A stretch of DNA of 12,553 bases from Candidatus Odinarchaeia archaeon (GTDB lineage: Archaea; Asgardarchaeota; Odinarchaeia; Odinarchaeales; Odinarchaeaceae), in contig JAHQXC010000036.1 of the NCBI GenBank assembly GCA_029856525.1, positions 1-12,553 of the forward strand, read 5' to 3'. Under the pieces are notes generated by a model. It had not been told where the DNA came from. It made no database searches and was given only the letters and a program-made list of their open reading frames with translations. Below are positions 7,287 through 12,553 of the stretch, one piece after another (the first letter of the stretch is position 1; the number at the start of each line of letters is the position of its first letter). The position numbers and the translations under genes are program-made.

Positions 7287-7992
7287 CCGCTTCACCTAGA
7301 ACTATTTCATCTGTATCTTTTAAGAGTTGAATGAATATTTCACCGTAATCTTCTTCCTGCCATAAATCGATGAATCCTCTAAAGCCGAGGAGTAGCACGC
7401 AGAAGAATACTTTTACAATCTCCATTCTATCTCTGCTAGGTAGTAACTCTGAAAATTTAACAATTTTATCAACAGAGGCTTTCTTTCTTATTAAATCATA
7501 TATGTTTTTTAAACTCCGTTCAATCTGTGTTCTGTCAGGGTCTATCGCGTATACGAGGGGTTGAATCTCTTCTAAAACATTTTTTTTAATTAAGCTTCTT
7601 CTCTTAGTTGAACCCTCTTCTTTCAAAACTTTCTCTAAGGCTACTAGAAGCTCCCCTATTGAAATACCTCTAGATGTGTGTCTGAAAGGTGGGATTATCG
7701 GAGGTAATAATTTAAACTCTTCTCCAATTTGTTGTTGAGGCTGGTCTTCCTCTTCTTCTCTTCTCAATAATGTCTCGGTCTTCCATCTGTATAATAGTGA
7801 AGCTGAGAAAAGAGCTAGACCGGATACTCGGAAGTTTACTGTTTCTTGTAGCAGCATTTTTTCTAGAAAACCGGTAACTAAATGATCTATCTCAATATTC
7901 CATAGATTTATTTTTTTCAACTTTAACGTGTCTGTTAATAAAACCCATGGTGGTTGAAGCCAGAAGGGTTCATCTTCACTGTTGTTGTGCAT
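7267..7992 (-). CDS. scpA: Segregation and condensation protein A (kleisin)
   Basis: INLWNIEIDHLVTGFL...SGLALFSASLLYRWKTETLL N-terminal domain and VKFSELL...IVKVFFCVLLL...IDLWQEEDYGEIFI C-terminal wHTH. It overlaps both smc and scpB. Confidence 0.92.
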   Translation of the reverse strand: MHNNSEDEPFWLQPPWVLLTDTLKLKKINLWNIEIDHLVTGFLEKMLLQETVNFRVSGLALFSASLLYRWKTETLLRREEEEDQPQQQIGEEFKLLPPIIPPFRHTSRGISIGELLVALEKVLKEEGSTKRRSLIKKNVLEEIQPLVYAIDPDRTQIERSLKNIYDLIRKKASVDKIVKFSELLPSRDRMEIVKVFFCVLLLGFRGFIDLWQEEDYGEIFIQLLKDTDEIVLGEADGGYKA

Positions 7993-10900
7993 ATTTTACC
8001 CCTTCTTCAAGTTTAACTGAAACGATTTTCGAAATATTATTGCTTTTTGTTACACCAAACAGATTGTCGGCTCTAGCCATAGTGATATCTCGTAAAGTTA
8101 TTACGATGAACTGTGAGTGTTTAGAAAGCTCTTTAATTAACTCTGCGACTTTAAGAGTGTTAGCGTTATCTAAAGCTGAGTCTATTTCATCGAACACATA
8201 GAAGGGTGCAGGCTGGTATTGCTGTATTGCGAAGATTAAAGCTAAAGCTGTTAGAGATTTCTCCCCGCCTGACATTGATTCTAGATAGCCTACTTCACGC
8301 CCGGAGGGTTTAACTTTTATTCTAACACCGCCTAGAAGAGGGTGTAGTTTATCTTCAAGTTCTAGATGAGCTTCACCGTTCGGAGATAACTGTGAAAATA
8401 TTCTGTTAAAGTTTTCATCAACCGCTCTGAAAGTTTTCATAAACACTTTTGTTTTTTCACTTTCTAGTTCATCCATGAATTTAAGTATCGTGTCTCTTTC
8501 AACTATTAATTTCATTCTTCTACTGTTAAGTTCTTCAAATCTTTTTTCAACGCTTTCATATTCTTGGATCGCTTTCTGGTTTACAGGTTCTAGGAGAGCT
8601 TTCTCCTTTTTTAATTCTGAGATTTTAAGTTTTATTTCTTCAATATCTAAGTCTTCTAGTAATTTTATCTCATTCGCTGAATAGTTTTTAGCTTTAACCG
8701 TTAGCTCATTCAATTTTGATATATACGACTCCTGGTTTGCAGTCATCCTTGCAATTCCAAGGTTTAAAGAATTTATTTCTTTATCAAGGTTTGCTAGATG
8801 TTCATCTATTATTTTCAATTTGTTTAAAAGTCTCTTTTTCTCATCTTGAAGTTTTTCAACCTCTTCGCTAATCAACCGTTTTTCGTTTTCTAACAGTTTT
8901 ATAGTGTTATCTAAAGTTAATAGAGTTCCCCTTTTTTCTTCAATTGCTTTTTCGAGTTCAGGTATTTTAATTTCTAAATTCGAGATTAATTGTTTTAATT
9001 CATTTAGCTTAGGGTTTATTTGAGCGCTAATTTCTGTCTCTAACTTTGTTATCTGGCTGTCTACCTCCCGCAGAATTGTAATTTTTTTACTTCTCTCCTC
9101 GTCTAGTGTTTTAAGCTTCCTGTTAGCGTTCGCTACCTCGCTTCTTTCAAGTATCTGACTTACCTCATCATATTCCTGTTTAAGAGTGTTAATCTCTTTT
9201 TTTAACAGTTCAATTTTTATATTACACGCCTGTTTAGCCTGCTCTTTCAAAGCAATCTGATCTTCGACTTCACTTATATTTTTCTGAAATTCTTGAATCG
9301 AGTTCTCTAATTCACATAGTCTAAGATTGAGGGTTGTGCTTTGACCTAACAATAGATTATATTCTTTATCTAACTCTCTGAGTTTCGTGTTAATCTGATT
9401 AATTTTTCCGATTTCTTGATTTCGCTTCTCTCTTAAACTTTTAGATTTCTCTGTTAATTCATTAAGCTCTTTTTCAAGTTCAGGTATTTTCTTCTCCTCT
9501 TCTAATGTGAATCTAATAGGAGTGTGATAGTAGCCTCCAACCATTAAACCGGATGGGGTTATTAAATCCCCGTCTAATGTGACTTTTTGCACTCCATCCT
9601 CTTCAATAGATCTTGCATCTTGTAAATCTTTGAAGATATATGTTCTCCCGAATACGTATTCGAAGGCTGTTTTAAACTCTCCACTATACTTTACTACATC
9701 TAGAGCGTGTACCGCGTTTACTCCTCTACTATTAATATTTATTATCGAAGGTTTTATCTTATTTAATGGGATGAATGAAGCTCTTCCAAGTTTTCTACTC
9801 TTCAAATATGATATGCAGCGGGCGGCTATTTCATCATCCTTGACTATAATGTAATCTAAGCGGCCTCCAGCAGCCACTTCTATCGCTTTAACGTAATCTG
9901 CGCTAACCGAGCCGAGATCAGCGATAGTCCCGTAAATACCGGTTAAACTATTATTCTTTTTTAACTCTAATATCGCTTCTACAGCTCTATTCCTCGAAGG
10001 CTCTCTTCCGCTTGTTTCCCTTATAGCTTCAATTCTAGTTCTGATTTCTATAAGCGTCTCTTTTATTAACTGTATCCTTGAGTCCGCCTCTTTACTTTCT
10101 TCATTTAATCTTGTTATATTATCTTCCACTTTTTCTTTTTCAAAATTCAAAGCGTCGACTTCTTTTTTTAGCCTGTCTAATTTATCATCTAATTCTTTCT
10201 TCCTGTTTATTATGGTATCTGGGCTTTCCCTATTTTTAACTATCATTTCATTGTAATAGTTTAACTTCTCCCTGAGTGCTTTAATCTCACCGTCTATTTT
10301 TTCATTCTCTAAGAGCAGGTTTCTTAAATCAACTTCTTTCACGTTAAGTTTATTCCTTAATTCTTTAAACCTGTTAGTATAATTCTCAAAATCAGCGTCA
10401 ACATTAACTATATAATTGGATAATCGGTTTATCTCACCTGTTAAATCTGCGATTTCAAGTTCTAATGCTTTTTTACGTTGAGTGTATTCTTCTAATTTAT
10501 TCCCGGACTCTCTTAGATTATTTTCATAAATTTTTTCTTCTTCTCTCAGCCGCTCATATTCTTTCTTAGCTGTTTTAAGCGCCTCTTCATTATAGATTAA
10601 CTCTTGATTTAATCTTGCATATTCAGATCTATTATCTGTTATCTGCTGGTGTAATTTGTTAAGCTTACTTTCTTGAATAGCGCGAATCTCCTCTTCTATT
10701 TCATTTATTCTCTTCTGGCTCTGCTCCCGTTCCTCTATATGGTTTTTGCGTCTCCTCTCAGCTTCCTCTAATTGAATCTTTTTTTCTTCAAGCCTTTTCT
10801 TAGAATCCTCTATCTTATTATTTAAATCTCTTATTTCATAGAAAATGATGTTTGTCTCCAACCTCTCTATTTCACTGTTAATCTTCAACCATTCTTCAGC

Positions 10901-11539
10901 GTCTTTTTTATCTTTTAATAATTTATCTTTAGTTGTTTTAATCTCTTCCAGAAGAACGTTAACTTGTTTAAGATTATTTTCAGCTTTTTCAAGTTCTTCT
11001 CTAGCTTTCTCTTTTTTCTCATCGTAGGCGGCTATCCCCGCGACTTTCTCTATTAAGGCGCGTCTCTCTAAAGGTGTCATTGAAACTACTTGGGCTAATT
11101 GACCTTGGAATACTATATTATAACCGTCAGGGGATATGCCTGCTAAATTAAGTAAGTCTAAAATCTGACCTCTGGTGACACGCTGACCGTTTAAAGTATA
11201 GGATCCATTTCCCTCTAAGTCTATGCTTCTAGTGATCACCACATTTTTAGAATCAACTGGTATGCTCTGATCAGAGTTATCTAAATGTAATGTCACTGTC
11301 GCGGTATTTGCTGCACTTTGATTTTTCTTATCATAGTATATTAAGCCTGTGAAGGTGTCTGCTCTCAAAGTTTTAGCGCTTAAATGCCCTAATACGAAGC
11401 ATAATGCATCTAAAATGTTGCTTTTTCCACTTCCGTTAGGGCCAACGATCGCAGTGAATCCTTTGTCGAAATTTAAAACTACTTTTCCCCCGCCGAATGA
11501 CTTAAAACCTTTCATCTCTAATTTCTTAATATAAACCAT
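7976..11539 (-). CDS. smc: Chromosome segregation ATPase SMC
   Basis: 1187 aa. Walker A GPNGSGKSN, Q-loop IVFQG, long coiled coils, hinge (GIYGTIADL, AAGGRLDYIIV, GRASFIPL, VTLDGD...SGLMVGG), signature MSGGEKS and Walker B/D-loop FYVFDEIDSALD. Confidence 0.98.
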   Translation of the reverse strand: MVYIKKLEMKGFKSFGGGKVVLNFDKGFTAIVGPNGSGKSNILDALCFVLGHLSAKTLRADTFTGLIYYDKKNQSAANTATVTLHLDNSDQSIPVDSKNVVITRSIDLEGNGSYTLNGQRVTRGQILDLLNLAGISPDGYNIVFQGQLAQVVSMTPLERRALIEKVAGIAAYDEKKEKAREELEKAENNLKQVNVLLEEIKTTKDKLLKDKKDAEEWLKINSEIERLETNIIFYEIRDLNNKIEDSKKRLEEKKIQLEEAERRRKNHIEEREQSQKRINEIEEEIRAIQESKLNKLHQQITDNRSEYARLNQELIYNEEALKTAKKEYERLREEEKIYENNLRESGNKLEEYTQRKKALELEIADLTGEINRLSNYIVNVDADFENYTNRFKELRNKLNVKEVDLRNLLLENEKIDGEIKALREKLNYYNEMIVKNRESPDTIINRKKELDDKLDRLKKEVDALNFEKEKVEDNITRLNEESKEADSRIQLIKETLIEIRTRIEAIRETSGREPSRNRAVEAILELKKNNSLTGIYGTIADLGSVSADYVKAIEVAAGGRLDYIIVKDDEIAARCISYLKSRKLGRASFIPLNKIKPSIININSRGVNAVHALDVVKYSGEFKTAFEYVFGRTYIFKDLQDARSIEEDGVQKVTLDGDLITPSGLMVGGYYHTPIRFTLEEEKKIPELEKELNELTEKSKSLREKRNQEIGKINQINTKLRELDKEYNLLLGQSTTLNLRLCELENSIQEFQKNISEVEDQIALKEQAKQACNIKIELLKKEINTLKQEYDEVSQILERSEVANANRKLKTLDEERSKKITILREVDSQITKLETEISAQINPKLNELKQLISNLEIKIPELEKAIEEKRGTLLTLDNTIKLLENEKRLISEEVEKLQDEKKRLLNKLKIIDEHLANLDKEINSLNLGIARMTANQESYISKLNELTVKAKNYSANEIKLLEDLDIEEIKLKISELKKEKALLEPVNQKAIQEYESVEKRFEELNSRRMKLIVERDTILKFMDELESEKTKVFMKTFRAVDENFNRIFSQLSPNGEAHLELEDKLHPLLGGVRIKVKPSGREVGYLESMSGGEKSLTALALIFAIQQYQPAPFYVFDEIDSALDNANTLKVAELIKELSKHSQFIVITLRDITMARADNLFGVTKSNNISKIVSVKLEEGVKYAQQQ

Positions 11540-11779
11540 CTGTATGCACCGATTATTTTCACATTTTTAACCATTATTTTCTTAAATAAAAGCGATTTAA
11601 TGCTTATTTTTAATAATTAAATATATCCTATTTAAGATTTTTAACTTCAACATATTTTTAACTGAACTTTTACACGGATAGTAAAGTTTAATAGTATTTA
11701 AGCAGTTATAATAATGCTTTATATTCATATAAATCTCATAGACGGGGTAGCCCCCTGCTAAAGCTGTGGGGTGAAAGTC

Positions 11780-11794
11780 GAAAAGTATTTATAG
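11780..11794 (+). promoter_or_regulatory. BRE/TATA-like element inside the repeat (also at 4814-4827 in copy 1)
   Basis: A purine-rich GAAAAG precedes TATTTATA. The GTATTTATAGTTTC core is identical in both copies. Confidence 0.5.
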
Positions 11795-11818
11795 TTTCCA
11801 ATCTTCAAAAAGGATAAA

Positions 11819-11914
11819 GATGCTGGGCTGAGACGGGGCCTCTACTGGCGGAAATACCAGCAAGCTCCATCATTGAAGCAGGAAGCCCCATCCGATAGGA
11901 AGGGGGTAGTTCAC
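11819..11914 (+). ncRNA. Putative TnpB omegaRNA-like scaffold, copy 2
   Basis: GCTGG (11822-26) pairs with CCAGC (11857-61), followed by an imperfect GCTCCA/TGAAGC hairpin and the terminal hairpin. It starts about 25 nt after GAAAAGTATTTATAG. Confidence 0.5.
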
Positions 11915-11945
11915 ATAGTTAAATTAATATATAAACTAATGGTGG

Positions 11946-12341
11946 GTGACAGTAGTGGTAAACTGGCAGGGTAGGTCTGATCGTAAACCGTCTGGTGGTA
12001 AGTTGAAACCGTTTAGAGGTAAGCGAAGATATGAGATGGGTAGAGACCCTGCTTTAACAACACAGGGACCGGAGCCTTTAAGAAAGATTATTAGAGTTAG
12101 AGGCGGCTCGAAGAAAGTTAAGCTTATAAAAGACAGTTATGTGAACGTAGTTGATCCTCAGAGTAAGAAGACGGTGAGACTTAAAATTCTAGAGGTTGTA
12201 GCTAACAAAGCATCCTTAGATTTTCACCGTAAGCGTATAATAACAAAGGGTGCTATTGTTAGAACTGAAAAAGGTAACGTGCGGATTACAAGCAGACCAG
12301 GGCAGGATGGAGTGCTTAACGGTGTGATAGTTGCAGCTTAA
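11946..12341 (+). CDS. rps8e: 30S ribosomal protein S8e
   Basis: WQGRSDRKPSGG, RGKRRYEMGR, RVRGG..K.KL and IITKGAIVRTEKG.VRITSRPGQDGVLNGV. The true start may be the GTG at 11955, since GGTGA lies at 11945-49. Confidence 0.97.
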   Translation: MTVVVNWQGRSDRKPSGGKLKPFRGKRRYEMGRDPALTTQGPEPLRKIIRVRGGSKKVKLIKDSYVNVVDPQSKKTVRLKILEVVANKASLDFHRKRIITKGAIVRTEKGNVRITSRPGQDGVLNGVIVAA

Positions 12342-12427
12342 ATTATGAGCGGGTAAATTCGCAGTCTTTAATATTTATATCTAATTTTTGTACTTCACGT
12401 AAAAGTATATGTTAGTGTCCTCAACGT

Positions 12428-12553
12428 TCACTCTACTTTCTCTTTTAATTTAAGTTTTATATTCTTTATATTCATCTCCCTGCCGCCTATGATATCTGTT
12501 TTCATCGATCCGCATACCGGGCATTGTAGTAATAGCTGGGTTGAAAGATAGTG
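12428..12553 (-). CDS. hypA: Hydrogenase maturation nickel metallochaperone HypA, C-terminal fragment (runs off the window)
   Basis: Not in the ORF track. My translation of the minus strand from 12553 is HYLSTQLLLQCPVCGSMKTDIIGGREMNIKNIKLKLKEKVE*, which carries the HypA CPxCGS-x7-GRE-x2-IK-x-I signature. Confidence 0.82.
   Translation of the reverse strand, partial: HYLSTQLLLQCPVCGSMKTDIIGGREMNIKNIKLKLKEKVE

Larger units (their letters stand above)
11740..11914 (+). mobile_element. Non-autonomous IS200/IS605-family derivative (PATE/MITE-like), copy 2
   Basis: It ends GAAGCAGGAAGCCCCATCC-GATA-GGAAGGGGGTAGTTCAC, matching the right-end style I recognise downstream of archaeal IS605/IS1341 tnpB genes (subterminal hairpin plus TTCAC). 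Left end GGGG-TAG-CCCC. It is 85% identical to copy 1 over 114 nt and has no transposase or tnpB ORF. Confidence 0.78.

Noticed and set aside
7947-11534. Plus-strand ORFs 7947-8201, 8475-8684, 9579-9854, 10845-11027 and 11349-11534
   Set aside because: Antisense to smc; an expected by-product of Lys/Glu-rich coiled-coil codons.
7976-11539. SMC coiled coil as a p150Glued or cargo-adaptor equivalent of the dynactin-like cluster
   Set aside because: It is a canonical SMC with head, hinge and scpAB partners, separated from the cluster by unrelated genes.
4778-11914. The repeat pair as CRISPR repeats, tRNA/SRP RNA, or ends of one composite transposon carrying smc-scpAB
   Set aside because: There is no repeat-spacer periodicity and no cloverleaf or SRP motif. 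Each copy has its own left and right end, the copies are 15% diverged, and the enclosed genes are core chromosomal genes.

Overview
AT-rich archaeal window. It is most likely from an Asgard archaeon, inferred from four roadblock paralogues, eukaryote-like proteins, rps8e and smc-scpAB. The main result is a co-oriented minus-strand cluster (4200->102) encoding, in order: a dynein light chain roadblock (DYNLRB)-like protein, two more roadblock/LC7 proteins, a left-handed beta-helix protein that has lost the gamma-carbonic anhydrase Zn histidines and resembles dynactin p25/p27, and a 16-Cys protein whose cysteine spacing matches dynactin p62 (DCTN4). A HAD phosphatase and a DUF211 protein follow. 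This looks like a prokaryotic operon of dynactin pointed-end and dynein light-chain homologues, with no motor, actin/Arp or GTPase gene in the window. Also present: a divergent fourth roadblock; two ~170-nt IS200/IS605-derived non-autonomous elements that appear to retain a promoter and a TnpB omegaRNA-like scaffold; a wHTH/DUF4443-like protein; an ECF S-component plus DUF4430 pair preceded by a perfect 24-bp palindrome; an intact smc-scpA-scpB operon; rps8e; and the 3' end of hypA. Comparisons with human proteins use sequences recalled from memory and aligned by hand. No database search was run, and novelty is unverified.
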